DNA from: Yuukianura sp. NJ FZ-2021
Lineage: Eukaryota
Direction of reading: 5' to 3'
DNA: 64,000 nucleotides
Assembly: GCA_046563655.1 (NCBI GenBank)
Contig: CM102285.1
Coordinates: forward strand, 6,758,001-6,822,000
Positions within the stretch are counted from its first letter, which is position 1. Each line of letters opens with the position of its first letter. The position numbers and the translations under genes were made by a program. Shown one piece after another: positions 1 through 13,621 of this stretch. Under the pieces are notes generated by a model. It was not told the DNA's origin. It was given only the letters and a program-made list of their open reading frames with translations, and made no database searches.

Positions 1-300
1 TTCCGCCAATTCTCTTCGATTGATTCTTCCAGTCCGGCGGATTTCGGTGTCGAGGCGATGTAACGACTGATCCAAGTGCTCTTCCGAGCGTGCATACTTG
101 ACTGATCCGCCGTGAATTCCCCTGATGGGTCTAGCAGTGGAAGAACTGGCAACGAATGTTGTCGAAATCGATGAAGGTGAACAAGCATTAAACTTGTATC
201 CTGGTACATTTGCCAAACGGGAAGGTTGGATTTGTGTACCTGCTTGTGCTCGGCAAAGGAGGTAAATTTTAGGAACATACTTCAACGACGATCTGAACAT
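1..300 (-). CDS. LRPPRC: First coding exon of leucine-rich PPR motif-containing protein, mitochondrial (LRPPRC/bsf-like); continues beyond window start
   Basis: Manual translation from ATG at 300: MFRSSLKYVPKIYLLCRAQAG...EEHLDQSLHRLDTEIRRTGRINRRELAE. The R/S-rich N-terminus resembles a mitochondrial presequence, followed by the LxRLDxxVRRTGRI motif of the LRPPRC N-terminus. Not in the ORF track because it is open at the window edge. Confidence 0.85.
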   Translation of the reverse strand, partial: MFRSSLKYVPKIYLLCRAQAGTQIQPSRLANVPGYKFNACSPSSISTTFVASSSTARPIRGIHGGSVKYARSEEHLDQSLHRLDTEIRRTGRINRRELAE

Positions 301-430
301 GATGGTGAATGTTGAACTTCGTCTCCCTCAATAGAACGTGGTATGAGAAGATGACTGATAAAATAAAATAATTAATAAATTAATCACACTGAAGGAAAGT
401 TGTCCCGGCCCGGTGCGGATTAGTAAATTG

Positions 431-1437
431 GGCCCTGACTAAAAGTCTGAAGTGCTATCTGAAGTTACTGTCTGAAGTGACGTAACTTCGTCCAGGAACG
501 TGGGAAATGACTGGAAACCACAAAAACAATTCTCCCGTGACCTCCTTGTTTGTTTCCGTCACTGGGAAATGCTGGGAAGTCACTGGGGAAAAAACTACCC
601 CTTTATCGTAGAGGGTGGGGGGATACTTTTTTACTGTCTGAAGTTGGAATAACTTTGGCCAGAGAAGTGGGAAATGCTGGGAAGTCATAAATCTGAGTTC
701 CCAACATCCAGCCCATTAGTCCCCACCACTGGGAAATGCTGGGAAGTCCTTTGGGAAAAAACTACCTCTTTATTGGTAGGGTGAGGGGATACTTTTTTAC
801 TGTCTGAAGTTGGAATAACTTTGGCCAGGGAAGTGGGAAATGCTGGGAAATCACAAAACTGAGTTCCCAGCATCTAGTTCATCAGTTCCCACTACTGGGA
901 AATGGTGGGAAGTCCTTTGGGAAAAAACTACCTCTTTATTGGTAGGGTGAGGGGATACTTTTTTTACTGCCTGAAGTTGGAATAACTTTGGCCAGGTATG
1001 TGGGAAATGCTGGAAAATCACAAAACTGTGTTCCCAGCATCTGTTTCATTACTTCGCGCCACTGGGAAATGGTGGGAAGTGACTAGGGGAGAAACTACCT
1101 CCTTACTGTGGGGGTGGGGGCAAAACTCTGAAGTTGGAATAACTCTGGCTAAGGTAGTGGGAAATGCTGGAATTTCGCACATTCCTACTAGCCAAAATTT
1201 TTAACCAATGCGATTGCGATTTCTGACGAATCAGCGGAATAGTGGGTCCACTTCAGACAGCAACTTCAGACAGCTAAAGGGGTAGTTTTTTCCCCAGTGA
1301 CTTCCCAGCATTTCCCAGTGGTGGGATCGAGTGAGAAGGAGGTCGGAGAATTGTTTTTGTGGTTTCCAGTCAGTTCTGGAGTTCCTGGACAAAGTTAGGG
1401 GCACTTCAGACAGCACTTCAGACTTTTAGTCTTGGCC
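431..1437. mobile_element. Non-autonomous TIR element (Mutator-like by TSD length) with internal ~175-bp tandem repeats
   Basis: TIR GGCC.GACTAAAAGTCTGAAGTGCT.TCTGAAGT at both ends; 9-bp TSD AGTAAATTG at 422-430 and 1438-1446; internal repeats of ACTGGGAAATGCTGGGAAGTC...CTGAAGTTGGAATAACTTTGGCC. Confidence 0.85.
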
Positions 1438-2345
1438 AGTAAATTGCTAACAAGGAAAACCAGGGTGTGTCTATTCCCCGGACGCTTTTTTTCTTATTGG
1501 GTTAAACGGGGGAAAAGGGTCAGCGGAATAGTCAGCCCCTGGTTTTTCATCATACACATATTACAGCATCTCTAACACAGTCCTCCTGTCCTCTGTGTGT
1601 GAGTGAAATGAGAGTTAACTCCTGGCTCTCTTATTCACTTTGTGTGAACAGGAGCAAAACATAAACAGTTAACTCTCACTCAAGCACACGAGGAAAACAA
1701 GCTATATGTCATAGTAGTGGTCTTCTTATCCACTCTCCTCATTTACTCTCCCAATAGCGAATCTACCCTCCGCTGCGCGCATGACAATTTTGTACAAACA
1801 ACGGTTGAAATAAACTAAATATTGGATAATTGCACCCAACATTTGTTTTTGGCCCGTGTTTTCCTAAATTTAACTATTGTGTAATCGTTTTTTGTGCGAT
1901 TAGTCAGTCAAACTGGTACGTACGCTACAGTCTAGAATCTTTCGGTGGCCGTAGGCCACCGAAGATTCTAGTTATACAGTAACAGTACTTTGTATATAAA
2001 CTAACATACTCCCGATATTCCTGGCGGTTTTGCACTTTTAACAGGGTTTGACTATATTTTAGTCATTAAAGTCATATTTTAGTCTATATTTTAGTCAGGG
2101 TTTGACTATATATTATATTTTAGTATAACCAGTTCAACTGTTTAGTTGAACTGGTTATACTAAAATAAAAAAAAATGTTTTTTTTGAGTGGATCACGGAA
2201 AGCAATGCCCACTAGTACAATAGTTTTTCAGCTCATTGAGTAGATAATTTTTGCCCGCTTCGCTGGGTTATTGGGGCAATATGTGTAAGAAATTTGGGTA
2301 GTTAATAAATATGTTTGGAGATCTGTGGTTATCGCTGCTACCCAC

Positions 2346-3077
2346 CAGGCATCCGGAATCAGCTACCGACAATAGGATTTCGGCAGCTCTTTAAAAATTG
2401 TCGGTTTGTCAGCTACCGAAATCGGTAGCTGAAAAAGTAGAAAATTGAGCCTTTTTTTTACTCCAAAAACGAAAAATTTCGCGCGCCTACGGCGCGGTTG
2501 ATTCTACAGCTCTTAAACAAGATTTTCTTTCGCGCCTACGGCGCGAAGCATCTAAAACGCTGCATTTCCAGGACTCGCGAATACATAAATCGATTTTTCC
2601 AGACTAAATCGTCTCCAGAAATTGATTTTATCAGTGTTTCGGCTCCCTCCAGAGGATGATTTCTATGACGAGTTCGACTTCCGTAACCGATTTTTCGAAT
2701 GTTCTTTGAATCTGGATAAAGATTTCTCGTAAAAGTTCGTTCTCAGTACTTCACGACTCCAGAAGACTAGTTTTCTCGGTTTTTTTTTTCACCCAGAAAC
2801 CGATTTTTCTTCGCGCCTACGGCGCGGAGGAAAGCTTCAAGTTACATTTTGAGAGCTTTCCCAACCAAAAAAGACGGTTATCCTGCAGTTTACATCGCAT
2901 CACCTTCGAATACGGTCATGGGTCATGCAATCTCTTTTTTAAAAAATGATTTTTTTATATCATGCGATAAAATTCACGTTTTTTTTTCGGCTCCGCCATT
3001 TTTAATCAGCTACCGAAATCGGTAGCTGAAATTTTCGAAAAATCGGTAGCTGATTCCGGGTTCATTCCGGATGTCTG
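2346..3077. mobile_element. hAT-like MITE
   Basis: TIR CAGGCATCCGGAAT / ATTCCGGATGTCTG; 8-bp TSD CTACCCAC (2338-2345, 3078-3085); subterminal AGCTACCGA motifs and CGCGCCTACGGCGCG palindromes. Confidence 0.85.
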
Positions 3078-3754
3078 CTACCCACGCGACTAGGTATCCA
3101 AGGGATGCTGCGATTCAGGGTTCAGTCAACACAAGATAGCCAATTCAGACTTATACCTATAGCCAATTCAGCGTACTAGTTAGTACTTTTTTTATAATCC
3201 TACAATCCTAGCTAATCGTTGTCCTCTCGCATCGTCGCATCATCACGTTCTCAAAAGTAGTACAGTCATTTCACATTGTCCAGCAAGAAAAATCTGGTCC
3301 GACTATTCTCCTGACTCTTTTTTCTCGTTTAACTCAATCAAGAAAATAAATGGTTAGGGGAATAGTCGGACCCGATTTTATTGTTAGCACTAGCAGGGTT
3401 AAAATAAACTTTGACTCTGTCCGTTGTACCCACCGAATTGTATCGCATTGTGTGCCCACATTGTAATCCGTGGAGGAAAATTCAAAAAAGCAAAATTGCC
3501 CCCTCTACTGTTGAGTTGATTTGTTCAGTTGCGCATAGATTTAAGAACTCCTAGTAGGTTAACCTAACCTACCCAACAATAGCGGGGGCGATTTCTTGCT
3601 TCTTTGAATTTGCCGCCACGGATTATACCCTATTTCATGGCGCATAGTCCGCACTCGCGTATACCCTGCACCCAAAAATAATGTGTAGGGTATAAAATAG
3701 GTGAAATTGGTCCAAATCTGGAACAAGGCGAATAGCGGTTGTCTTAACCGTTGC

Positions 3755-4221
3755 GTTGTTTGTTTGTTTGTTTGTTTTATTTGCCACTGATACCCTGCAT
3801 GCAGGTAGTTACATCATGGATGCTTGTAGTAAAATAAGAAGTAGTGAGTAGTGTAATGAATGAAGTATTGCGATAATCGTTAGTTGAAGTTAAGGTGTAA
3901 AATGTAAAATTAAATTAAAAGAAAATATGAGCGAATGGAATTGACTTAAGTTAATTTTTTTTAAGATAAGTTAAAATTGTAAAGCAGTGATTCTAGGCTA
4001 TCATCTAGAGTATTTAAATAGTTAAGTTCGGAGATTTGCTGCCGTTCCACAAAGTACGCTGCAATGGTTTTGTGCAATTTGGAGGGACTGGTACTGGTTA
4101 TTAGTGAACGATATTCCATGGGTAATAAATTAATGACACGCGACATGGATGGAACAAACGATTTCGGGTGGTATTTCCTGTTATGCATTAGCTTTTTTAA
4201 AATACGACACCAACAGAATCA
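3755..4221 (-). mobile_element. 3' fragment of a LINE (RT C-terminus, 3'UTR, AATAAA plus (AAAC)n tail)
   Basis: Minus-strand ORF 3961-4188 resembles a LINE ORF2 tail; minus strand ends CAAATAAAACAAACAAACAAAC; split by the MITE at 4222. Confidence 0.5.
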
Positions 4222-4860
4222 GGTTCCATGCCATTGCTCCGAATGAATTGGTCCGAAGCGTAATGCTACGAATGAATTGCTACGAAACCATTTGCTCCGA
4301 ATGGTACACTGCTCCGAAAGATTATTTTCTCCGAAAGCCTATTTTCTCCGAAAGATTATTTTCTCCGAAAGATTATTTTCGCCGAAAGATTATTGGGTAA
4401 ATTACAGTTATCCGTCCAGTGTTAGTGAAGTGAGCAAACCCCAGCCAAACCTAAGCAGAAACCCTCGAGACGTAATCAGTGTTGCGAACTTTTAAAAAAC
4501 CTAACACCGCGCCTTCGGCGCGGAACCATTAAAGCGAATTCACTTGCAATACTTTGCTTATCCTCCTCCGCTTTTCAAATCTGGACGGGTAACAGCAAGT
4601 CAACCAATAATCTTTCGGAGAAAATAGGCTTTCGGAGAAAATAATCTTTCGGAGAAAATAGGCTTTCGAAGAAAACAGGCTTTCGGAGAAAATAATCTTT
4701 CGGAGAAGTGCACCATTCGGAGCAATTGGTTTCGGGGCAATGCTGTTTCGGAGCAAAGTATCATTCGGAGCAAAGTGCCTTTCGGAGCAAATGGTTTCGT
4801 AGCAATTCATTCGTAGCTTCGCGCTTCGGACCAATTCATTCGGAGCAATGGCGTGCTACC
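4222..4860. mobile_element. Foldback MITE with internal TTTTCTCCGAAAG tandem repeats
   Basis: Long TIR ...CCATTGCTCCGAATGAATTGGTCCGAAGCG...; 9-bp TSD ACAGAATCA (4213-4221, 4861-4869). Confidence 0.85.
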
Positions 4861-5189
4861 ACAGAATCATTTTTCATTATCCCTCCATTTTTTTTAAATA
4901 TTGGTGATTTTTGAAATAGTCAGAGAAGATATTTGCGTGGACGAGAAAAAAATTGAACAACACCTTCTCCAGTAAGTGATCGCTAAAAGCCAGAGTATCC
5001 TCGCCAATACTGAGATTTTAAGCTAAAATCATCACTCGCTTCGCAAATATTCCAGGATTCTATGCCACCACTCTTCGGTGTTGGAGATTTCTGAAACGAT
5101 CAGGGGTTTCGGAGGGCCAACCACTCCCTTCCCATTTGTCAAACAAGTTCACTTTTTAGCGATTATGTTGCAGAAAAAAAGCCACAGGC

Positions 5190-5456
5190 AGTGTTGCTGG
5201 ATTAGCTGGATGGGTATAATATTTCTTCCACTCTGCTCGAAATGGTGGATGCATCCGGATTTGTTTTAGTTTCTTCCGAATATCCATTTTTTAGCATTTC
5301 GTCTAGGTTATATCCACTGTATAAATCGATAAAGCCTGATAAAATCCAGTTTCTGAAGACGAAATTCAGTTTTGTCCGGAAGAATCCAGTAAAATCTGGA
5401 TATATCCACCAGTTCGAGGAGAATGGAAGAAATATTTTTTCGATCCAGCAACACTG
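5190..5456. mobile_element. hAT-like MITE remnant
   Basis: TIR CAGTGTTGCTGGAT / ATCCAGCAACACTG; no clean TSD seen. Confidence 0.5.
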
Positions 5457-5827
5457 GTTTGGAGGATTAAGGCAATTTTTGTCAGTTTTTAGCAGACCGA
5501 TTGAAAAAATCAACGAAGAACTAACTTTTTAGAACTCTTTTCAGAACTTATTTTAGAACTAATTTTTTTTCATGTTGGGGTGGGTTCGAAAAACATCAGA
5601 TTACACGCGAGGTATACGCCGTAAAATAGGTTAATGTTGGGGTGCAATGCAATGCAATTCGGGGGGTGCAACGGACAGAGTCAAAGTTTACGTCAACCCA
5701 CTAGCAGTGTTGTTGATCAATCTCCTAAAAAGATCTAATCTAATTTTAAACATCTAAAAGTTAGATTTAGGACGTGGAGGAGGACCACTGTTAAATACTA
5801 ATCTGATTTCTTGAATTCGAGGTAGTA

Positions 5828-6521
5828 ATGCCGCTTACATTCACAAAAAGTGAAATAAGGAAGCAATTGGGCGAAATTGGATTTGAACCTAACGAGGAGC
5901 AACTGTCAGCGTTTATACGAGGTAAGTTAATTCAGATTTAAATACGTGAATACGTCGACGCGACGGAACTCGGAACACAAACACAATAACCAGCATTTAG
6001 GTGTAATAAGTGAATTGGACTAACTTGTATACAAAGACAAACTTGATCCGTAACCGTAACTGCAATTTCAGATTTAAAGAGACTAATCAAAACAGAAGAG
6101 AACCGTAGACGACCATCTACAGACTTAGAAACAGAATCCACTCGATCTCTCTCCACGGAAGGTGTGGATTCCTGTTCTACATCATCCTGTTTGGGTACAT
6201 AAACCGTAACATACATACATACAACACAAAAAGATATAAATAATGACGATTTTGGTTTGGCAGGTTCTATTTTTCCAGAAGTTGCACGTCCGAGTTCGAG
6301 ACTGCCCCCAATGTCAGTTCGTCGTGATCCCGTTTCATTATTTCACTTCTATAAATCAATTTGGGAGAAGCACAGCATACCAGGGGAGAATTTTCGAATG
6401 AATTTGAGATGGAACGTTCGCGCTGGTACCTTGGGAAGAATTCCTTGTGATTCTGTGAGGCACTTTTATTGGTTGATTTCAATATTTCATTCTAATTTGG
6501 AAGGAAAGCTTCGGCATATGA
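5828..6521 (+). CDS. HYLS1: Hydrolethalus syndrome protein 1 homolog (centriolar); exons ~5828-5921, 6072-6194, 6264-6454, last exon uncertain
   Basis: Spliced translation MPLTFTKSEIRKQLGEIGFEPNEEQLSAFIR|DLKRLI... plus HYLS1 C-terminal box RRDPVSLFHFYKSIWEKHSIPGENFRMNLRWNVR; GT-AG introns keep the frame. Confidence 0.8.
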
Positions 6522-7449
6522 ATCGAGCACCAAAAAAGAGAGTTTTCTTACCGAGATATCGACGAGAAGACCTTTCGCTTAGAGATTTAATAGGTCTGAG
6601 TTATGTCCTTGTGTTATGCATTCATTTCATTTGTTGTATTTATTTTAGAATGGAGTGCCTACAAAGTATCTTAGATGAAACTGAACACCCGCGCTTATCT
6701 TATGAGCCGTGAACAATTGGAAGCCGATGAAAAACATGAAACGAATCTTACGTTAGTTATTACTCCTTAACCTTAATATTTAACTTATTGTCAAGATCTT
6801 TCCAATCAAATCATACAACGTTCAACGAAACTTAACGAAGATCAAAGATAACGTTCCAATTCACTTTGGGTCTAGGGTTTGATACTAAGTAATGCCGCGG
6901 TAGGACCGTCTGTAAGTTATACTTGAATCAATACATTGGAATCATGCTATGTGAATAACCGTGAGAAAGCAAAATAAAGGCTTTCTCAATGGCGTTGTTA
7001 ATTTTAATTCATTATTCCTTTAATATATCCCATTAGTTATAGAGTGGAATGATTACGGGAGTGCTAATCCTTCCAACGAAACAAAGTTTAGATCACAGAT
7101 TGAAAGAAAAGCAATTCCTAAATTCCTGTCACCGAGTTAAGTTAAGTAGCTTTCTGGTTCCCGAGAAAAATACAAAGTTAATGCATTCTAGGTCAGGGTT
7201 GCGCAAGTTGGTATCCAAAGTTTGGTTAATTTTTTGGATTTGGATCACTTTATAGACTTATTAAAGGTCCCCACTGTCAACTCAAGTGAGGGATCGGAGA
7301 GAGTGAGAGGGGATTACAAAGTGCCGAACTATGCTCAGAGAGTCAGCTGTTGTTCCGTTTGTGTAGGTATTCTTATGTTTATGTTAATAAAATAGCGAAG
7401 GTATTTATTCAATGTTTCGTTTTCGATTTGAGGTAATATTCCTAAATAA

Positions 7450-10400
7450 ATGGAGGCGAACACTAGTCATGGACGTTTTACAAAACTACAACTACCGGTA
7501 TCACAAAACGAGGTAGTAAACCCATTGTGCATAATTTTTGTGAAAAATGGCAGTAAAGGAGACAGACTACTATTCCGGTATCCATTTAAAGGATCAAGCT
7601 CTTCTATGGGATCTCCTGATAATAACAAGATAAGGTTTAACCCACAATTAGCAAGTGAAGACGTTACGCCTTCCTCGATACCTCTATCCAACGAAAATAC
7701 ACTCGGTAAGTTTATCTTTAGTTTTCCTAACCTTATTGAGTGAAGGTAATTTTTAAAAAAAGGCTTCATCCTGCCAGTGCCAGTTGCAACTTGCAGGTGA
7801 AGGCTGTATTAATGCTTACAATTTCCACAGTTATCTGGGTACTAATTTCTAATTTATTGTATACTAATTTCTCTTATTTCTGAATATATAGGTCGTTCGA
7901 AAAATCCGTACGCGATCCGGAGAGAGGTGGATGATGAACTAAATGGAGTGACACATTCGAATACTCTTGCCTCAGGACGAACCACAATTTCTATGGAATT
8001 AAGTGAAAAGGATTTATCGAATCTTTTGGCTGTCAAGGATGACCTTTCGGAACGGAAGTTCGAATTAAAAGTCAAAGACGTGCGGTTCGTGGGTCATCCT
8101 ACACTAATGCAGCATCCTCATATCGTGAGGCCAATGAACGCACAGTACGTCATATTTCTGTAACAAAGAAGTAGCACACGTTGTCTAATAATACTCCACA
8201 CTTGGAGGTTGAATATAATATTAGTATACCGGGTGTACTAGGTATATACAAAAATGTGCTAACCACTGTTGAAAAAAAAAATTGGCACGCATACCAAGCC
8301 TTCTAAATATTATCTAAATTAGGTAAAGTACCTAAAAACTAAGCTACATAAATCTAGGATAAGCGTTATTATGACAGAGTACTGAAATGAATTTGGATTT
8401 ATTAAACAGAATTCCACCGACTTCAACAAGGATTTTCCATGTCGCTTTCTGCCTCCACGCAATGGCGAGTCACTCAATGGTTAAGTGTTTCTACGACTTG
8501 AGTAAACGTATTGGAATTGCTCTTCGGCATGAGGAATATCGTTGCGGATATTTGAGCCAAGAAATGAAACAAATCATCACCCACTTGGACGAAGCGTGCC
8601 AAGCGCACGAGGAAGACGAAGACACGAGTGACGATAACTACTTCCAGTTTGCGTCCCAGAAAATTCTTCGGGACAGCAGTTTGGCGAGACTGCTCAAATC
8701 CATTTACGAGGACGTTTGCACTTCCGGTTTTGTTCAGTTGCGCGTGAACAATTGGATTCAGCTTAGTTTTTGTCTGCCTCAAAAAATACATGTGATCCCG
8801 TAAGTATTCGTTCAGTCCGTAACCGATGCACTGTGTTGGACGTGATTTTTGGAAAATGTGCAACAACAAAAAATCACGTATTAGTTTCTAAAACTTCTAA
8901 AAATGTTATACATCCACCGAATCTTTGATTTTATATTGAGGTGAACTGAAATTATTACCACAATACCGTCATTAACATTTTTGAAATTTTGGAGACTATC
9001 GAGAACTTTTTGTGTATTTTGTATGTTTTCCAAAAATCACCTGCTGCAGAATGCCTGTGGATTTCGAAGTCTGGATTTCATGGAACAAATAACATTTTAA
9101 ATGCGTATTTGAAAAATTTAGGTTCCGGTGTGGAGCAGAGCTTGTCGAGCCCGAGATAATTCATCGTTGTCTTGAATCAATTCGGCCGTATCATGCACTA
9201 CTATTGGTTGTGGACCGAGAGGAACTGTGTGCAAGTTTTATGACGGGTTCAGCATCTGGATGTGGAAGTATTGGAAGACTGCTTCAAGTTTACTCACCAC
9301 TTAAGTCCCTTCAAGTTACTGCAGCCGATGCGGACATGAGTCTATCCCAAGTAGTCGAAATTGCATCACATTTGATTTACTGGGCGGTGGCCCTGCTTAT
9401 ATATCCTATGTGTGAAACGAATGTATACGTACTTGCCGTGGACACACCGATTGTGTCGCAGGAAATGGAACAATCCTTCCAGCACTCATTCCCCGGCATT
9501 TCCCTTACTCAAACACTCGCAGATTTCTCTCTTCCAATCCCCCTAGGAGAAAGGGTTAACCCCGTTCTAGGTGAGCGAATCGTTTTACATTATGTTCTTT
9601 TACGTTTTGACGTAAATTGCAGTTATCCTACCAAAGTTGACAGCTGGAGGAGGACATGGAGGATACTAGGATACTACTCCACTTTTTTAGCAGAATTTTT
9701 TCTTAAAAAATTTCGCTTCCGAGAAGTCTAACGTTTTTACTTTGCATATCAACTCTGCGTATGTTTATCGTACCCTTGAAGTTGTAAATGCATACTGTTT
9801 TTACTTATCTTATTTTTTTAGTTTTATTAATCTGTTTTATTATTTGTGGTTCTTTTCCCTTGACAGGAGGCACCTATCTTCAGGCACAATTGATTCAATT
9901 GGTTTGCTGGCTGCTTCAATATCGACTTCTGTTACAACTTCATACTTATATCTACCTGCTGCCAGCTCTTCACGAAAATGGGATACACAATGCCATTCCA
10001 GATCCTCCCGACTTGTTTAAAAATGAAGTACGTGTATACCAGCATGATCTAGAGGAAGAAAACACTGTGAGTGACTCTTATTCCGAAATAGCACTCGAAG
10101 AAATTCCTGTCTCCGCGGAATCGCTTTTGGAAATTGGAAGCGTTTCGGTTTCAGCTGCTGCCGCTGCGATTGCAGTGGAAACTGAAGACATGGATAACAG
10201 AGAGGAGAATGGCCAGGATACCGTGGACGCGGGGACGACGAAAAAACGAAACGACGTTCCAGAACCAACGGTTGAGGAGGCGATGCGTCAGCTCAGCATT
10301 AGTGCACGACAAGCAGTTGAAGCTGTAAAGCCGGATTTGACCATACCGGATATTAAATTGTTTGCCAGACTAGCGAAGTACTTTAATGGAGAGTTCCACT

Positions 10401-10534
10401 TTGAAGAAATCATGTACAGGGAGAATGTGCGAAGATCTCAGCTCCTTCTTCTCGTTGACAAATTCAGAAATGTTCTTGTTATTTCCGAAAGAGAAGACCC
10501 GGCAATTAACTTCTTTACAAATGATCATTGGTAA
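7450..10534 (+). CDS. NPRL3: GATOR1 complex subunit NPRL3; exons ~7450-7705, 7892-8146, 8410-8799, 9122-9570, 9868-10534
   Basis: Motifs PLCIIFVKNGSKGDRLLFRYPF, KFELKVKDVRFVGHPTL, LRHEEYRCGYL, IRPYHALLL, HLIYWAVALLIYPMCETNVYVL, YFNGEFHFEEIMYRENVRRSQLLLLVDKFRNVL; canonical splice sites. Confidence 0.95.
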
Positions 10535-10980
10535 AAAAAAATAAAGTTCCGTACTACCGGATGGTTAGCCTTTATAGTGGTATGGATCGATGATCAACCG
10601 TATTCATGCATTAATCTTATTGCGAGCAATATTAGAAAACCCTGCGTCACGTCACGTAACAACGTGATAAATCCAATTAAAGCTAAATGCAATACTGTCC
10701 ATCATAAGCAGACATGAGAAAACTATTTTCTCTCCATGCCCTCAATGATAAGAAAAAAATATTTTACGTTTTTTAATAGTAAATATTTATTTCTTTTCCC
10801 ATGCCATTAATGTTAAGTAAATATTTCAAGGTTTCTGAAAAAATATTGAATATTTAAGTATTTTCGCCTCTTTTTATAAAATATTTTTCTCATGTCTGCT
10901 CACACGCTAGGATTTTCATATCTAGGTAAGTATAATAATCGGCGGCTATATGCAATATGCAATTGCGTAAGCAACAAGTT

Positions 10981-13017
10981 TCACTTTATTAGTCTAAAAA
11001 TCGTCTCTAACACGAAGTTCGCAACGGAAAGGTCAAACTCCAAGTGGTTGGCTCCATACTGGTATTCTTCTGGGTAGTTGCGTCCATTGTGTCTATTGGT
11101 TACTATAATCGTCAGAATCGTGTAAAGGTCCTCATAGTTCATGCCATGATTAGCTTTGAGGAGTTGCTGGCATAGGTTGTCAAATTCTGGATCACCTTTC
11201 AAGTCATCCAACTGAGCTTGTACAGCACATAATGCTGCCTTCATGTTGGCCCAAATATATCCCACATTACATGCATTCATCCAGTTTTGATTGATGGAAA
11301 TGGTATCCTCCTTTGCAAAAGAAGAAGACGAATTTAAATATCTGTTACGAATACTTAAGCAGATTATAACCGTAGCAGTCATAAACCAAAAAAAAAAAAC
11401 CAATCCAATGGAGCCAATTTCCAAAGGTCGCTTTACTACGACCTAGGTCAAACTTATTCCTCAATGTTTTCGCAATTGTTATCTACTGCGCTCGAAGGGT
11501 TAACCTAACCTATCCTAAACCTACACCGGATTTTCTGTAGGGCAAATAAGGTACCGCTTCGTACATAAACCTGCTTTGCTCTTTTTTGGAACACGTTTTT
11601 TTGGCATCGAACTAATTCGAAAATTAGCTCTTCTTGATTGGCTAAGATGGCTTCGGCAATTTTTGAGTTTATGGCATGGAACCGATTATAACCTCACTTG
11701 GTTGATAAGACCTTATCTTTCTAAAGCAGTTTTTTTCTCATTTACCAAGTTCCAGACGATATGATGCCACCCTGATGGTACAAAAATGACTTGACCAGAC
11801 GTCTGAATTATTTCATAAAAGTCTTCACCCGCGACTCCTGGATTTTCAGCATCGAATTTCATTTTTCCATTTTTAATGAACTTCTTCTCGTGCCCAGGGG
11901 GGTACAACATCCATTTCTTGGTTCCGATAACGTTTGCGGACCAACTGAACGAGCCGTATACATCCGAATGAAAAGGACTCCTAAACTTAGACTGCTACAT
12001 TAGAGTAGAACATGTTATATTTGGTAAAATTTTATACTGTACTGTTGTACGGCATTACCAGGAACCTTTGGGTCCCATATAGACAAATCGAAAGTCGTCT
12101 CCCTGCTCTACAGCGGTTTCATTGAGCCAATCTGATGCGAAAAATTTCGGAACCGAATACATAGGCAGCGTACTGTTCGGATTATCGTTGGCACGAGCTA
12201 TATGCCAATCCTATTACATTAGATGTAATCTCATTTCATGACTTAGTTGTTAACAAAAGAAATTGAAAAGAAATACCTTCAAGTACAGGCATGGCATGCT
12301 TGTTGGGTATCCAGCTTGACAAAATGTTTGCAAATAGTTGACGTATTCCCTCAGTTTCATTGATTCACCGTCTCCTTCATATTGATCTCCAAGTTTATCG
12401 CAGTTCGTCACACCAACGTCACATTCCCCTAGAATACAGAAATTCTCTTTTATATACACTCCTCTTATCTACAGTACAACTTGCTTACGTAATTTGTACG
12501 TGTATTAAAGTGCGTTTTGTCGGGGGAGCGTTGGTGACCTAAGTTTCAGTATGTAGGAGTGGGATGTGGCGTGAAAACACGACGTTTTTAATAATACCAC
12601 TTGCGTCTTAAACACGTTTTGACAATATCCAGGAACGTCAATACCGATAACGCTAAGAACAAAATTACCGGTTTGCGCCTTTTACTCTAATGCGATTCGG
12701 TACCGTTCTCCTACGTAACGTTTTCTCTACGCGCGTTGTGTCGACGCTCAACGCATTGTGCCAAAGCTGTGAAATGCGCTCATACCAAAGTGTTCTGCCA
12801 GGAATTGAAAATTGATCGTCCGAGAATTACTGTCGTTGCCTCCGGCGTTTGGGGATATTACTGTGGTCCATTCTCTCATCACCCCCCATTCCCTTGTGAT
12901 CTCGCTGGTGAAAAGACAGGGACGATTAGCCAACAAGTAATTCGAGTAGAAGTCGCTGTATGACACAACGTCCGGGTTCAGAACAGAAAATGTCTCCAAT
13001 CTTCCAGTCTGGGTCAT
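10981..13017 (-). CDS. JMJD4: 2-oxoglutarate/Fe-dependent oxygenase JMJD4; about 5 exons
   Basis: SYSDFYSNYLLANRPCLF, CLYLK|DWH, FASDWLNE, DDFRFVYMGPKGSW, FHSDVYGSFSWSANVIGTKKW, FVPSGWHHIVWNL, DTISINQNWMNACN match the JMJD4 JmjC domain; convergent with NPRL3. Confidence 0.93.
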
Positions 13018-13067
13018 ATTCAAACAAAAAGATCATGGTAATTGTTTTAAACAGTTCAGTACAATGC

Positions 13068-13295
13068 CAAGCTTGTTTAACTCGAAATTTTGTTTATTTT
13101 TCCTTAGAAGGTTTTGTCATAACTCCTTGCTTTTAAAAATTGTTTGTTTTGAAATTTTCTGCGATTTGTTCACCTCGCGCCATGTAAAGTAAATGGGATT
13201 GGTCCAAAAGTTGTTTTTTCTTATTGTTTTTTTGAATTGGAGTTATGACATAACCTCTTACGCCATTTGTATAAATGGTTGCTACAGGAACCTTG
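13068..13295. mobile_element. ~230-bp MITE, copy 1
   Basis: Ends CAAG...CTTG; 9-bp flanking repeat GTACAATGC; diverged second copy at 15321-15560. Confidence 0.7.
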
Positions 13296-13621
13296 GTACA
13301 ATGCATAATTATTGCTATATATATAATTATGTAATCCAGTTTTGCACCTTCAATTCGTGCGTTTCACTTTCAACTAAATAAACCGGTCGTAAACCGCGCA
13401 TAACGAAATAGCTCAAGCCAAAAGACAGTTTTCCCACGGGTGGGGAGTGTGGGGATAGGTTTCTCCCACTTATCTGCCCCTCAGGGGGATTGGGGGTGGG
13501 TTCCCCACTTCTTTCCCGCAACTTTTGTTGAAGTCATTTTCCTATCTTTATATTGCAAAGGTCAATGACTTTCACATTTGACCATGTAAAAGGTCACGGT
13601 TCCGGGTAATATGATAAATTG

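Larger units (their letters stand above)
3397..5698. mobile_element. Non-autonomous TIR element (Mutator-like) containing nested insertions
   Basis: TIR GGTT....TAAACTTTGACTCTGTCCGTTG.ACCC at both ends; 9-bp TSD CACTAGCAG (3388-3396, 5699-5707). Confidence 0.8.

Noticed and set aside
455..1416. Short ORFs in MITE repeats (also 4277-4914, 13562-14332, 56273-57261)
   Set aside because: They are translations of tandem or inverted repeat DNA and carry no coding signal.
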